A DNA stretch of 63,895 nucleotides from Candidatus Omnitrophota bacterium (GTDB taxonomy: Bacteria; Omnitrophota; Gorgyraeia; Duberdicusellales; 4484-171). Made by a program: the position numbers and the translations under genes. Below are positions 1 through 10,097 of the stretch, one piece after another. Position 1 is the stretch's first letter. Each line of letters starts with the position of its first letter. The DNA is taken from NCBI GenBank assembly GCA_014729775.1, contig WJJJ01000032.1, positions 1 to 63,895 of the forward strand, in the 5' to 3' direction. The notes beneath the pieces were generated by a model. The model worked only from the letters and a program-made list of their open reading frames with translations, was not told where the DNA came from and did no database searches.

Positions 1-2
1 AC

Positions 3-608
3 ATGAAAATTTTCGGCATAGGACTGAACAGAACGGGCACGACCAGTTTGACCGAAGCCCTGGAGATGCTGGGGTATAAAGCCATGCACTGGAACTATAC
101 CATTACCACGATCGACTACGTGGACGGACAGTTAAAAATCCATTACGATAAATTCGAAAAAGACGACGCGTTCGTTGATACGCCGGTTACCAGGATTTAC
201 AAAGAGCTTGACCAAAAGTATCCGGGTTCGAAGTTTATCCTTACCGTGAGGGATACCGAAAGCTGGCTGGAAAGCTGCCGCCGGCATTTCAGTCCAAAAA
301 AACTTAAAAAACAGGCGCCGGTATCGGGCATGCTGCATCAGGAAATGTACGGGACCAGGGTGTTCGACCGGCAGAAGTTTCTCCGAACCCGTGCGCACCA
401 TATGGCCGACGTCACTGCCTATTTTTCCGGGCGAGAAGAGGATTTACTCACGATAGATATTTGCGGCGGGGACGGATGGGAAAAACTGTGCCCGTTCCTG
501 GGAAAATCCGTTCCGAGGGAAAAATTTCCGGCGTCGAATATCTCAAGGAAATCATTCCTGAGAAAAATATATTACAAAGTGAAGGGGTATTCCTACATAA
601 GCCGTTAA
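3..608 (+). CDS. sulfotransferase-family protein (tentative)
   Basis: 201-aa ORF. The N-terminal 'GLNRTGTTSL' resembles the PAPS 5'-phosphosulfate-binding loop of sulfotransferases. Assignment rests on motif recall only. Confidence 0.45.
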   Translation: MKIFGIGLNRTGTTSLTEALEMLGYKAMHWNYTITTIDYVDGQLKIHYDKFEKDDAFVDTPVTRIYKELDQKYPGSKFILTVRDTESWLESCRRHFSPKKLKKQAPVSGMLHQEMYGTRVFDRQKFLRTRAHHMADVTAYFSGREEDLLTIDICGGDGWEKLCPFLGKSVPREKFPASNISRKSFLRKIYYKVKGYSYISR

Positions 609-683
609 TGAATGGGCACCAACGGCGGCGTAGGTGCGGCATGCCGCCGCGCAGAATAATACTCGAAAGGAACCAATGCCGAT

Positions 684-2018
684 ATGGATAATGTGCGGAA
701 AACCGAAAAAGTCTATTCGGTCCAGGATCTGAACACCACCGTGCGGCGGGTGCTGAAAACCGAATTCCCGGACGCGGTCTGGGTCTGCGGGGAAATTCAG
801 GATTTCCGGCCCAGCCGTGACCGCCGGCATATCTATTTTTCCCTGGTGGAGAAACACCCTGAGGCGGATACGATCGTGGCCAAGGCCGGCGCCGCGCTGT
901 TCCAGGGACGAGCCGCCTACGTCATGAAGAAACTGCGTGAGGTGGATCCGAAATTCACCCTGAAGAACGATATCGAGATCAAGGTCAAATGCGAATTGGA
1001 CCTGTACCCGAAGAGCGGGAATTTCAATCTGATCATTACCGATATCGACCCGGTCTATACCATGGGCAGGATCGCCCAGAGCCGGCTCAAGATCGTGGCA
1101 GAGCTGAAAAAATTGGGACTGCTTGAGAAAAACAAGGAAAGGCGCCTGCCGGAGGTGCCCCTGCGGATCGGTCTGATTACCGCGGCGGGCTCGGCCGCCT
1201 ACCATGATTTCACCAACGAGCTCTCCGCCAGCGGACTGGGTTTTCAGGTACGGGTGTGCGACTGTCACATGCAGGGCCACAAGGTGGAGCCGGAGGTCGT
1301 GCGGGCGCTGAAATATTTTCATTCCGCTCAGGAACTTGACGTGATCGTGATCACCCGCGGCGGAGGCGCGACCGCGGACCTGAGCTGGTTCGATTCCAAA
1401 CCGATCGCGCGGGAAGTGGCCCGGGCCCGGGTGCCGGTGCTTTCGGCGCTGGGGCATCAGATCGATGTCACCGTGACCGATCTGGTGTCGCATACCACGG
1501 TAAAAACGCCGACCAAAGTCGCCCAGTTCCTGGTCGAACGGGCCAGGGATTTTACCGACCGGCTGACGCGGGCCGAAGAAGGGATTCTGAAAGAAATACA
1601 GCGGTTTCTTCCCCAGAAGAGAACCGAATTGGAACGGATTGCGGTGAAGATAGACGGAGTAGTGCCCCGCTTCTTCCGCACGCACCGCGAAGCATTATTG
1701 CAGATACAGCACCGCCTGGGCAAGGAAATCGATATCGCCTGTGCCGCTCAGCGTCACCGGCTCGCGCGCAGTGAAGAACAGGTGGCGCAGGGGGGCCGGC
1801 GGGTATGCGAGCGGGCAGGCGCGGCGCTGGCCTATGCCGAGGGGAAGGTGAAGATCCTGAAACCTGAAAACACGCTGAAACGGGGATATTCGATCACCTA
1901 TTTTCAGGGAAGGGCGCTGAAATCGGGCCGGGAGCTGACGGCCGGGGATCAGCTGAGAACGGTGTTCGCAGACGGAGAAACCGATTCGCGGGTAATCGAA
2001 GAAAGCGAGGGAAAATGA
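684..2018 (+). CDS. xseA: exodeoxyribonuclease VII large subunit
   Basis: 444 aa. The N-terminal OB-fold region 'VYSVQDLNTTVRRVLKTEFPDAVWVCGEIQDF' and overall length are typical of XseA. The stop overlaps the xseB start (ATGA at 2015-2018). Confidence 0.9.
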   Translation: MDNVRKTEKVYSVQDLNTTVRRVLKTEFPDAVWVCGEIQDFRPSRDRRHIYFSLVEKHPEADTIVAKAGAALFQGRAAYVMKKLREVDPKFTLKNDIEIKVKCELDLYPKSGNFNLIITDIDPVYTMGRIAQSRLKIVAELKKLGLLEKNKERRLPEVPLRIGLITAAGSAAYHDFTNELSASGLGFQVRVCDCHMQGHKVEPEVVRALKYFHSAQELDVIVITRGGGATADLSWFDSKPIAREVARARVPVLSALGHQIDVTVTDLVSHTTVKTPTKVAQFLVERARDFTDRLTRAEEGILKEIQRFLPQKRTELERIAVKIDGVVPRFFRTHREALLQIQHRLGKEIDIACAAQRHRLARSEEQVAQGGRRVCERAGAALAYAEGKVKILKPENTLKRGYSITYFQGRALKSGRELTAGDQLRTVFADGETDSRVIEESEGK

Positions 2019-2227
2019 GTAAAAAGCAGCTAAAATACGGGGAAGCGATGGATGAGCTCAACCGTATCCTTGCCGCGCTGGAGTCGGAGACGATCGACGT
2101 CGACGAAGTCTCGGCCAAGGTCAAGCGGGCGGCGGAGCTCATCGCGCTCTGCCGGGAGAAGATCGAGAAGACGGAGCTGGAAGTCCGGACGATCGTGCAG
2201 GATTTTGCCGCAGAGAATAAGGGATAG
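2015..2227 (+). CDS. xseB: exodeoxyribonuclease VII small subunit
   Basis: 70-aa helical protein ('YGEAMDELNRILAALESETIDVDEVSAKVKRAAELIALCREKI'), translationally coupled to xseA. Confidence 0.85.
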   Translation: MSKKQLKYGEAMDELNRILAALESETIDVDEVSAKVKRAAELIALCREKIEKTELEVRTIVQDFAAENKG

Positions 2228-2341
2228 CGCCCCAGCGTCCCTGCAGGGGCGGCTTCCGGGCCCCCCGGATGAGAGGAAGGATTCGCTAAATATCATAATT
2301 TTCTGTTGACAGAGGGGGGGAAAACTAGTAGACTATATTCT

Positions 2342-2605
2342 ATGTTACCCAAGCAGAAGAAGAAAAATCTGATCGAGAAGTTTAAGGAACACCATCAGGA
2401 CACCGGGTCTGCTTCAGTGCAGATCGCGCTTCTTTCCGAGCGAATCAGCGATTTGACGGAGCATTTGAAGAAGCATAAGAAGGATTTTCACTCCCGCCGC
2501 GGTCTCCTCATGCTCGTCGGACGCCGCCGACGCCTTCTCAATTATATCAAGAAGAACGATCCTCAGGGATACAATAAAGTCAAGAAAGAGTTAAACCTTA
2601 AATAA
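2342..2605 (+). CDS. rpsO: 30S ribosomal protein S15
   Basis: 'DTGSASVQIALLSERISDLTEHLKKHKKDFHSRRGLLMLVGRRRRLLNYI' matches the S15 core. The ATG at 2342 gives the canonical ~87-aa length, so the TTG at 2306 in the ORF track is probably upstream of the true start. Confidence 0.9.
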   Translation: MLPKQKKKNLIEKFKEHHQDTGSASVQIALLSERISDLTEHLKKHKKDFHSRRGLLMLVGRRRRLLNYIKKNDPQGYNKVKKELNLK

Positions 2606-2606
2606 T

Positions 2607-4718
2607 ATGGAATTTTCCGCTTCCGTTGCTCATCTCGGAAAAAGCACACTCACTTTTTCCACCGGCCGGGTTGCGAAACAGGCCAATGGCAGCGTATCCG
2701 TTTCATACGGGGATACGCATGTGCTGGTGACTGCCTGTATGTCAAAAGAGCCCAGGAATATGGGGTATTTCCCGCTGATGTGCGAATATCAGGAGAAATC
2801 CTACGCGATGGGGAAAATCCCCGGTGGATTCATCAAAAAGGAAGGCCGGCCCAAGGACTGGGAGATTCTCGGCGCCCGGATGATCGATCGTCCCATTAGG
2901 CCTTTGTTTCCTAAGGGATTTATGCATGAAGTCCAGGTGGTGGCGATGGTGTTGTCCAGCGACGGGGTCAACGATCCTGACGTGCTGGCGATCAACGGCG
3001 CCAGCTGTGCCTTGATGCTTTCCGATATTCCGTTCGCGCGGCCGATCGCCGCGGTGCGGGTCAGCCGGGTGGGGGAAGACCTGCTGGTCAATCCTACCTA
3101 TAAAGAACGCGAGCAGGCCGATATGGATATGATCGTCGTCGGCACCGACGAAAAGATCGTGATGATCGAGGCGGCCTGTAAGGAAATTGCCGAGTCCGAC
3201 GTGGAAAAGGGGTTTGAATTCGCCAAGACCTATATTCAGAAGATCGTCAATGTGCAGAAGGAGCTCCAGGCGCAGGCCGGAAAAGAGAAACTTGCCGGAC
3301 CGTTCGCTCCGTCGACCGAAGAGCTGACTGCCAAAGTGAAGGCGCAGTTCCAGGACAAGATCGCACAGAACTACGGAATCGAAGACAAGGCCGCGCGTAA
3401 GGAGAAATCGCAGGAAGTGTGCGCTGCCGCGGTAGAATATTTTGCCCGGGAGGGCCTGCTGGTTGAGGCCGGGGAGGAAGCCCAGGAGGGGAAGGTCACC
3501 GAAGGCCAGATCAAAGACGCCCTGGAAGCGGCGGAAGAAGAGTATTTCCGCCGGCAGGTATTGGAAAAAGAGCAGCGTCCCGACGGCCGCGGGGTTGCCG
3601 ATATCCGGGCGATCGACTGTGCCGTACGCACCTATCCCCGTCCCCACGGGACCGCGTTGTTTACCAGGGGACAGACTCAGGCCCTGGCGGTTACTACGCT
3701 GGGGACGAGTTCGGACGAACAGATGATCGAAGCCCTGGAAGGGGAGAGAGCCAAGCATTTCATGCTTCATTACGCGTTTCCGCCGTTCAGCGTGGGCGAA
3801 GTAAAAATGATGCGGGGTCCGTCGCGGCGTGACATCGGGCACGGCGCGCTGGCGGAAAAAGCGCTGGTGAACATGATCCCTCCTAAAGAAGATTTTCCTT
3901 ATACGATGCGCGTGGTGTCGGAGATCCTGGAGTCCAACGGTTCTTCGAGCATGGCCACCGTGTGCGCGGCGTCGCTTTCGTTGATGGACGCCGGCGTGCC
4001 GATCAAGGCGCCGGTGGCCGGGATCGCGCTTGGACTGGTGCAGGAAGGGGAAAATTATAAAGTGCTGACCGATATTGCCGGGATCGAAGATCACTGCGGC
4101 GATATGGATTTTAAAATCGCGGGCACGACCAGCGGGATTACCGCGATCCAGCTTGACGTGAAGATCGACGGGCTGAGCGCAGCGGTGATTCACGACGCCC
4201 TCCAGCGGGCCAAGCAGGCGCGTCTCCATATTTTAGAAAAAATGCAGCAGGCGCTGGAATTACCCCGCGCCGTAGTATCGAAATACGCGCCGAAGATTCA
4301 ATCTTTTCCCATTGACCCGGATAAGATCGGCAATGTCATCGGTCCCGGGGGCCGGATGATCAGGAAAATTTCGCGTGATTATAACGTCGAAATCGACATA
4401 GACGATGAACACGCCAAGGTCTTTATCGTTGCCCAGACGCAGGAAGACTTGAAAAACGCGGTGAATTATGTTCAGGGATTGACAAAAGATGCGGAACCTG
4501 GTGAAATATACGAAGGGAAGGTTGTGCGTCTTTCTAATTTTGGAGCGTTCTGTGAGATTCTCCCGGGGAAAACGGGGCTGGTCCATATTTCGGAAGTGTC
4601 CGATGATTACGTGAAAGACATCCGGGAAGTGCTGAAAGAGGGTGATGCCGTGAAGGTAAAGGTGATCAATATAGACCAGCAGGGCAGAATCAATCTCAGC
4701 ATAAAAAAAGCCAAATAG
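2607..4718 (+). CDS. pnp: polyribonucleotide nucleotidyltransferase (PNPase)
   Basis: 703 aa with two RNase PH domains plus KH and a C-terminal S1 domain ('GEIYEGKVVRLSNFGAFCEILPGKTGLVHISE'). Classical rpsO-pnp linkage. Confidence 0.95.
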   Translation: MEFSASVAHLGKSTLTFSTGRVAKQANGSVSVSYGDTHVLVTACMSKEPRNMGYFPLMCEYQEKSYAMGKIPGGFIKKEGRPKDWEILGARMIDRPIRPLFPKGFMHEVQVVAMVLSSDGVNDPDVLAINGASCALMLSDIPFARPIAAVRVSRVGEDLLVNPTYKEREQADMDMIVVGTDEKIVMIEAACKEIAESDVEKGFEFAKTYIQKIVNVQKELQAQAGKEKLAGPFAPSTEELTAKVKAQFQDKIAQNYGIEDKAARKEKSQEVCAAAVEYFAREGLLVEAGEEAQEGKVTEGQIKDALEAAEEEYFRRQVLEKEQRPDGRGVADIRAIDCAVRTYPRPHGTALFTRGQTQALAVTTLGTSSDEQMIEALEGERAKHFMLHYAFPPFSVGEVKMMRGPSRRDIGHGALAEKALVNMIPPKEDFPYTMRVVSEILESNGSSSMATVCAASLSLMDAGVPIKAPVAGIALGLVQEGENYKVLTDIAGIEDHCGDMDFKIAGTTSGITAIQLDVKIDGLSAAVIHDALQRAKQARLHILEKMQQALELPRAVVSKYAPKIQSFPIDPDKIGNVIGPGGRMIRKISRDYNVEIDIDDEHAKVFIVAQTQEDLKNAVNYVQGLTKDAEPGEIYEGKVVRLSNFGAFCEILPGKTGLVHISEVSDDYVKDIREVLKEGDAVKVKVINIDQQGRINLSIKKAK

Positions 4719-4802
4719 GCATGCCGCTGCCGCTCTTCGATAACCCGAACTCTTCTCACTCCGAGAAAAGCGGGGCGCTCGGAACAAACGTCATTAGCGG
4801 AT

Positions 4803-6992
4803 ATGAAAAAACTCTCTTCCGTCCTGAAGAGCATAGTTTATCTTTTTAGCGCCCTCATTTTACTCTTAAGTTTTCTTTCGTACACTCCCCGCGACATCGC
4901 ATTTCTTTCTTCTCCCGCGGCCGAAACGCCTCACAATATCATCGGTATCGCCGGAGCTCATCTGGCATTTTTTTTCTTCTTTCTGTTGGGCTACGCGGCG
5001 TATTTTCTTCCCTTTTATTTCCTCTTTGCCGGACTGGAGCGTCTCCGCGTACTGCGGTTTTCCGGGCTCGGCGAAAGCCGGACGGTAAATGGGATTGCGT
5101 TTGCGTTATTGGTGGTATTGCTGTCGGCGTTCCTGGGGATTTTTTCCCCCGGCGGGCACGCCCGCTATGAAGCTTCCGGGATCATCGGTTTTTATCTCGC
5201 CGGGTTTTTCCGGCAGTACCTGGGATTTTACGGGGCGCTTATTTCTCTCACCCTGTTCTTAAGCGTCACCTCTTTGCTGCTCTTCGGTTTCTTCTTTGTG
5301 GACATTTGGGGGTATCTGCGTGAAGGAGGACAACGCCTCCGGGAGTGGTGGGAAGAACGGAACGAGCGCCGCACGCAGGCCGCCCACTCGGCCAGATCGT
5401 TAAAAAAGAAGGCACCGATTTTTACCAAAAAGGCCAAAAGCGAAAAGAAGAAGCCGGAAATAAAAGTCTATCAGCCTGCTGGGGGCCTGCGGTCGGAGCA
5501 GAGCGAGGACGTCCCGGTGCCCGCCGTTGAGCCGGCGCCGAAAGCCGAAACCTCCACCCCGCAGGAGAATCCTACGCCCTTTGATCCCAAGACCTACCGC
5601 CTGCCGGCGCCCGGTATGCTCAAAGTTCCTCCCCAGCTGGATTACCGCGAGGTAAAGGAGGATATCGAAAGCAATATCAGCAACCTTGAGGAAACGTTGT
5701 CCGAATTCGGGGTGGAGGCCAAAGTCGTATCGGTGCAAAAAGGACCGGTCGTCACTATGTATGAACTGGAACCTTCCTCCGGCGTGAAGATCCAGAAGAT
5801 TTCGGCGCTCGCCGACGACATCGCATTGGCGATGAAATCCTCTTCGGTACGGGTCGTCGCTCCGCTTCCCGGAAGAGGAACCGTGGGCGTGGAGATCCCG
5901 AACGAGAAAAAGCATTTCGTGTATCTGCGGGAAGTGATCGAAGACAAAAGGTTTACTCAGGCCTCGTCGAAACTGTCCCTGGGGATCGGGAAGAACGTGT
6001 CAGGAAGTCCCGTGGTGGCCGATTTAAAGGAGATGCCGCATTTGTTGATCGCGGGAGCGACCGGTTCGGGAAAGACTATTTGCGTGAATTCTTTGATCTC
6101 TTCGATCCTGTTTAAAGCCCGTCCCGACCAGGTGAAGTTTATCCTGATCGATCCCAAAATGGTGGAATTGACGCCCTATTCCGGGATCCCGCATTTACTG
6201 CATCCGATCATTTGCGACGCCAAAAAAGCGGTGGCCGCGCTCAGCTGGGCGGTGGAAGAAATGGAACGCCGCTACCGCGTGCTGGCCAGCGAGGGGACGC
6301 GCAATATCGACGCACTGAATAAACGGAAAGGCGGGATGCCCTATATCGTGGTGGTCGTGGATGAGCTGGCGGATCTGATGATCGTCGCCCGGGACCAGAT
6401 TGAAATCTCGATCCAGCGCCTGGCCCAGCTTTCGCGGGCGGTGGGTATTCATCTTATCCTGGCGACGCAGCGGCCTTCGGTAGACGTGATCACCGGGGTG
6501 ATCAAGGCCAATTTCCCGGCACGCATTTCGTTCAAGGTGTCATCCAAGGTCGATTCACGCACGGTGCTCGACGCAATGGGTGCCGACAAGCTGCTCGGCA
6601 AAGGCGATTTATTGTTCCTCCAGCCCGGCGCGATGAAACTGACCCGGGCGCAGGGGTCGTTCATTGACGATGAGGATATCGAAACGCTGACCAACTTTTT
6701 GCGCAGTCAGGGTGGCCCGGTATACGAAGAAGGTATTCAGGAAAGCGAAAAACGCAAGACCAAAAGCGTCGAAGGCGACGAGATGTTCGACGACGCAGTC
6801 AAGGTCGTACTGCAGGCCCGGCAGGCGTCGGCGTCAATTTTACAGCGGCGCCTGCGGGTTGGGTATACCCGCGCGGCGCGTCTTATTGATCTGATGGAAG
6901 AGGCAGGGATTGTGGGACCGTTTTGCGGCAGTAAAGCAAGAGAAATCCTTGTCGAGCCGGAAGAATATATCGAGGAAAAAGGATTAGTATGA
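4803..6992 (+). CDS. ftsK: DNA translocase FtsK
   Basis: 729 aa. N-terminal TM helices, a Pro/Lys-rich linker, Walker A 'AGATGSGKT', and a gamma-domain wHTH at the C-terminus ('ASASILQRRLRVGYTRAARLIDLMEEAGIVG'). Confidence 0.9.
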   Translation: MKKLSSVLKSIVYLFSALILLLSFLSYTPRDIAFLSSPAAETPHNIIGIAGAHLAFFFFFLLGYAAYFLPFYFLFAGLERLRVLRFSGLGESRTVNGIAFALLVVLLSAFLGIFSPGGHARYEASGIIGFYLAGFFRQYLGFYGALISLTLFLSVTSLLLFGFFFVDIWGYLREGGQRLREWWEERNERRTQAAHSARSLKKKAPIFTKKAKSEKKKPEIKVYQPAGGLRSEQSEDVPVPAVEPAPKAETSTPQENPTPFDPKTYRLPAPGMLKVPPQLDYREVKEDIESNISNLEETLSEFGVEAKVVSVQKGPVVTMYELEPSSGVKIQKISALADDIALAMKSSSVRVVAPLPGRGTVGVEIPNEKKHFVYLREVIEDKRFTQASSKLSLGIGKNVSGSPVVADLKEMPHLLIAGATGSGKTICVNSLISSILFKARPDQVKFILIDPKMVELTPYSGIPHLLHPIICDAKKAVAALSWAVEEMERRYRVLASEGTRNIDALNKRKGGMPYIVVVVDELADLMIVARDQIEISIQRLAQLSRAVGIHLILATQRPSVDVITGVIKANFPARISFKVSSKVDSRTVLDAMGADKLLGKGDLLFLQPGAMKLTRAQGSFIDDEDIETLTNFLRSQGGPVYEEGIQESEKRKTKSVEGDEMFDDAVKVVLQARQASASILQRRLRVGYTRAARLIDLMEEAGIVGPFCGSKAREILVEPEEYIEEKGLV

Positions 6993-7789
6993 TCGAAGAG
7001 ATTTGCGTGCAGTTACGGGAAAAGCGGAAAAAAATGGGGTATTCGCTTGAGGAGGTCGTGGAAAAAACCAAACTTCATCCTACGGCGATCCGCGATATCG
7101 AGGACGGAAAACTGAATAAGATCAGTCCGGCCTATCTGAAAGGATTCATCAGGATCTACGCCGATTTTCTCGGGGTCGACGCGTCCGAAGCTCTCCGGGA
7201 ACTGTCTCCCGGCCACGTGTCGCCGCGCAAGCAGCAGAAACGCGAAGATCAGGCCGGGACGGGCGGTCCGCGTCAGCCGCGCCGCCGGAAAGTGCAGATC
7301 GATTGGAAAAAGCTGTTTCCTCCCGCGGCGCGCAAGCTCCTGGCCCGGGCGGTGCTCGCCCTGATCGCGCTGTTTTTGGTGATACAAGCCGGGCGGTTTA
7401 TCGGCAGGTCTGTAATGGGGTTTTTCCAGCGGCGCAGTGCCGAAGCTCCGTCTGTCCCTGCTCCGCGGCCCCAGCCGGTGCCCGCTCCCCGGCCGGAGGA
7501 AACTCCGGCAGCGGCCGCGCCCCGCGCCGAACCCGTCACTGCTTCGGTAACCGCCAAGCGCAACGTGTTTTTACGGGTGAAGGTCGACGGGAAATTATTG
7601 TTTGAAGGAGTACTGCGCAAAGGCGCGGTGGAAACGTGGAAAGGAACCTCCGAGATCGAATTCAAGATCAGCGACGGTTCGGCGGTCTATATCGAAGCGA
7701 ACGGTGAACCGCTGCCGTCCCTTACCTCTCTCCGTAAACCGATCAAGAGTCTCAAGATCGACGCCTCCGGGATTTCCGTAACGAAATAA
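6989..7789 (+). CDS. RodZ-like cytoskeleton protein (HTH + TM + DUF4115-like C-terminus)
   Basis: N-terminal XRE-type HTH ('MGYSLEEVVEKTKLHPTAIRDIEDGK'), basic/Pro-rich linker, one TM segment, and a C-terminal beta domain ('VFLRVKVDGKLLFEGVLRKG...'). ATGA overlap with ftsK. Confidence 0.6.
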   Translation: MIEEICVQLREKRKKMGYSLEEVVEKTKLHPTAIRDIEDGKLNKISPAYLKGFIRIYADFLGVDASEALRELSPGHVSPRKQQKREDQAGTGGPRQPRRRKVQIDWKKLFPPAARKLLARAVLALIALFLVIQAGRFIGRSVMGFFQRRSAEAPSVPAPRPQPVPAPRPEETPAAAAPRAEPVTASVTAKRNVFLRVKVDGKLLFEGVLRKGAVETWKGTSEIEFKISDGSAVYIEANGEPLPSLTSLRKPIKSLKIDASGISVTK

Positions 7790-7794
7790 CCGTC

Positions 7795-9036
7795 ATGCCT
7801 CAAAAGACCGTCTCCATTATTTCTCTGGGGTGTTTTCGTAATACCGTTGATTCCGAACGCGTGGCATACCGCTACGCCGGACAGGGGTATGCGGTATGCC
7901 AGGAAGGCAGCCGCTGTCACACGCTGGTGATAAATACCTGCGGCTTCATCCAGCCGGCGAAAGAAGAGTCACTTGAGATGATCAGGGACGCAATCGAGTG
8001 GAAACAGCGCGGAAGAGTAAAAAAAATCGTGGTGATCGGCTGTTTAGTGCAGCGGTACCGGACGGAGCTGCGCCGCGCGTTCCCCGAAGTGGACCAGTGG
8101 GCGGGAGTCGAAGAATTTCCTCCGTCCGGAGGCAGACAGCATGCGCTGTTCCCGGCCCACCTGGCGTTCGTGAAGATATGTGAAGGGTGTCTTCATCGGT
8201 GTTCCTACTGTGCGATCCCGTCGATCAAGGGACCTCTGCGCAGCCGTTCCCAGAACGAGATCGTCGGCGAGGTCCGCGCGGCCGCGGAACGCGGGGTGCG
8301 GGAGCTTAATATTATCGGCCAGGACATTACCAGCTGGGGAAAAGATTTCCGTCCGCCCCGCGAATTTTCCGGTCTTTTGAGAAAAGTCGTTTCGGCTTCG
8401 GGAACGGTCCCCTGGATCCGGCTGCTCTACACTCATCCCAGGTTTTTTTCCGATGCGCTCATCGACTTTATCGCCGAAACGGAAAAGATCTGCAGCTATG
8501 TCGATCTGCCGCTGCAGCACGTCAACGACCGTATTCTCGGGCTGATGGGCCGCAGTATCAAGAAAAAAGAAATGCTCCGGCTGGTGAAAAGGATCAGAAA
8601 GCGGATCCCCGGCGTCGTGATCAGGACTTCTCTGATCGTCGGCTTTCCCACCGAAACCGAAGAGGAATTCCGGGAATTGTGCGAGTTCGTTGCCGAAATG
8701 AAGTTCGAGCGGCTGGGCGTGTTCGTGTTTTCCCGTGAAGAAGGAACGCGGGCCTACGACATGCCGCAGGTGCATCACTCCACTCGTCAGCGCCGTTTCC
8801 GGGAACTCATGGAGTTGCAGAAACGGATCGCCCAGGAGGTCAATTCCCGGTTCATCGGCCGCGAGCTCGAGGTGCTTGTCGAGGAGCAAAATGATGATAT
8901 ACTTATAGGGCGCAGCCGTTATGATGCCTTTGAAGTCGACGGGGTCGTGTACGTGCAGGGCAAGTCTGCGCAGGTGGGATCGATGATCAACACAAAGATC
9001 GTTGACGCGTACGAATACGATTTAACCGGCATTTGA
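7795..9036 (+). CDS. rimO: ribosomal protein S12 methylthiotransferase
   Basis: MiaB/RimO architecture: UPF0004 domain with N-terminal Cys, radical-SAM 'CEGCLHRCSYC', and a C-terminal TRAM domain. Confidence 0.8.
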   Translation: MPQKTVSIISLGCFRNTVDSERVAYRYAGQGYAVCQEGSRCHTLVINTCGFIQPAKEESLEMIRDAIEWKQRGRVKKIVVIGCLVQRYRTELRRAFPEVDQWAGVEEFPPSGGRQHALFPAHLAFVKICEGCLHRCSYCAIPSIKGPLRSRSQNEIVGEVRAAAERGVRELNIIGQDITSWGKDFRPPREFSGLLRKVVSASGTVPWIRLLYTHPRFFSDALIDFIAETEKICSYVDLPLQHVNDRILGLMGRSIKKKEMLRLVKRIRKRIPGVVIRTSLIVGFPTETEEEFRELCEFVAEMKFERLGVFVFSREEGTRAYDMPQVHHSTRQRRFRELMELQKRIAQEVNSRFIGRELEVLVEEQNDDILIGRSRYDAFEVDGVVYVQGKSAQVGSMINTKIVDAYEYDLTGI

Positions 9037-9052
9037 GATGTAGGGAATTACA

Positions 9053-9619
9053 ATGAATATCGCGAATCAGCTCACCTTTTTCCGCATGCTGCTGGCGGCG
9101 GTCTGCATCGGTCTTGTTCTGCGGCATACTCCGGCTTCGCTTATCGGAGGGTTGGCGGTTTTTCTGCTGGCTTCGTTTACCGATTTCCTCGACGGATTCA
9201 TTGCCCGCAAAAAAGGGATGATTTCCGATTTAGGCCGTCTTATCGATCCTATCGCGGACAAGGTATTGATCATAGGGGTGTTCCTGGCATTTTTGCAGTT
9301 AAGAGTGGTGAATGCCTGGATGGTGACCGCGATCATGTTCAGGGAATTCATCGTGACCGGCCTGCGGGTGTACGCGCTGAACAAGCAGGTAGTGCTGGAA
9401 GCGAAAAAACTGGGCAAACATAAAACCGTTTCTCAAATTGTCGCTATTATTCTTATTTTTCTCAGTTTGATTTTCCGGCAGATGTTCCCGGACCAGTTCG
9501 TCTCCCGGCTGTTGTATGAATTCGGGGTTCCCGTGGCGATGTGGTATGTCGTTGTGCTCACGGTGAGCAGCGGCGTGTATTATTTCTGGAGCAACCGGAA
9601 AATTATCCGGACATTTTAA
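9053..9619 (+). CDS. pgsA: CDP-diacylglycerol--glycerol-3-phosphate 3-phosphatidyltransferase
   Basis: CDP-alcohol phosphatidyltransferase motif 'DFLDGFIARKKGMISDLGRLIDPIADK'. Multi-TM, 188 aa. Confidence 0.85.
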   Translation: MNIANQLTFFRMLLAAVCIGLVLRHTPASLIGGLAVFLLASFTDFLDGFIARKKGMISDLGRLIDPIADKVLIIGVFLAFLQLRVVNAWMVTAIMFREFIVTGLRVYALNKQVVLEAKKLGKHKTVSQIVAIILIFLSLIFRQMFPDQFVSRLLYEFGVPVAMWYVVVLTVSSGVYYFWSNRKIIRTF

Positions 9620-9623
9620 GTTC

Positions 9624-10097
9624 ATGGAAGAAGGACCGTCTTCTTTTCGTTCACATGTGCGCCGGGCGGCGGCCTGGACGGCTTCGGTCGGAGGGCTGGG
9701 GTACGTACCCGGCGCCCCGGGTACTGCCGCCTGTCTGGTGGGCGCGGCGATATTCTGGTGGTGCGCCGGGACCCCTTGGTTCGCGGGGATTACGCTTGCC
9801 GTGACGGCGCTGGCGTGCGCGGTATCGGGTCCCGCCGAGCGCTACTGGAAGGAAAAAGACTGCAAAAAGATCGTGATCGACGACGTTGCCGGGGTCATGA
9901 TCACCTTTGTAGGAATTCCTGCCACGCCCGAATTCCTCTTTTTCGGTTTCTTCCTGTTTCGCTACATGGACATCTTAAAAATCCCGCCCGCCGATATTCT
10001 TGAAAAACAGCAGGGAGCGGTAGGGGTCGTGGGCGACGACATTATCGCCGGGATCTATACCAATCTTCTCCTGCGGTTATTTTTATTCCTTTCCTGA
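9624..10097 (+). CDS. pgpA: phosphatidylglycerophosphatase A
   Basis: 157-aa membrane protein with 'GLGYVPGAPGTAAC' and 'IVIDDVAGV', typical of PgpA. Immediately follows pgsA. Confidence 0.75.
   Translation: MEEGPSSFRSHVRRAAAWTASVGGLGYVPGAPGTAACLVGAAIFWWCAGTPWFAGITLAVTALACAVSGPAERYWKEKDCKKIVIDDVAGVMITFVGIPATPEFLFFGFFLFRYMDILKIPPADILEKQQGAVGVVGDDIIAGIYTNLLLRLFLFLS

Noticed and set aside
609-683. Hairpin CGGCGGC-13 nt-GCCGCCG after the sulfotransferase-like gene as a possible terminator.
   Set aside because: No T-tract follows and the stem is short with a large loop. This is insufficient for an intrinsic terminator call.
552-1685. Long antisense or alternative-frame ORFs. Examples are 552-1685(-), 2742-4229(-), 12215-13246(-), 28023-29093(+), 33897-34859(-), 29417-30178(-) and 43009-43716(-).
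   Set aside because: Each lies entirely inside, or opposite to, a gene with strong family-level motifs (xseA, pnp, sufB, cstA, ilvB, lysC and the secretin-locus genes). Their products are Arg/Pro/Gly-rich, low-complexity sequences typical of non-coding frames in GC-rich DNA, and they have no SD sequences.
2306-2339. TTGACA at 2306-2311 and TATATT at 2334-2339 as a possible rpsO promoter.
   Set aside because: The spacer is 22 nt, well outside the 16-18 nt window. No alternative -10 lies at proper spacing, so it is not annotated.
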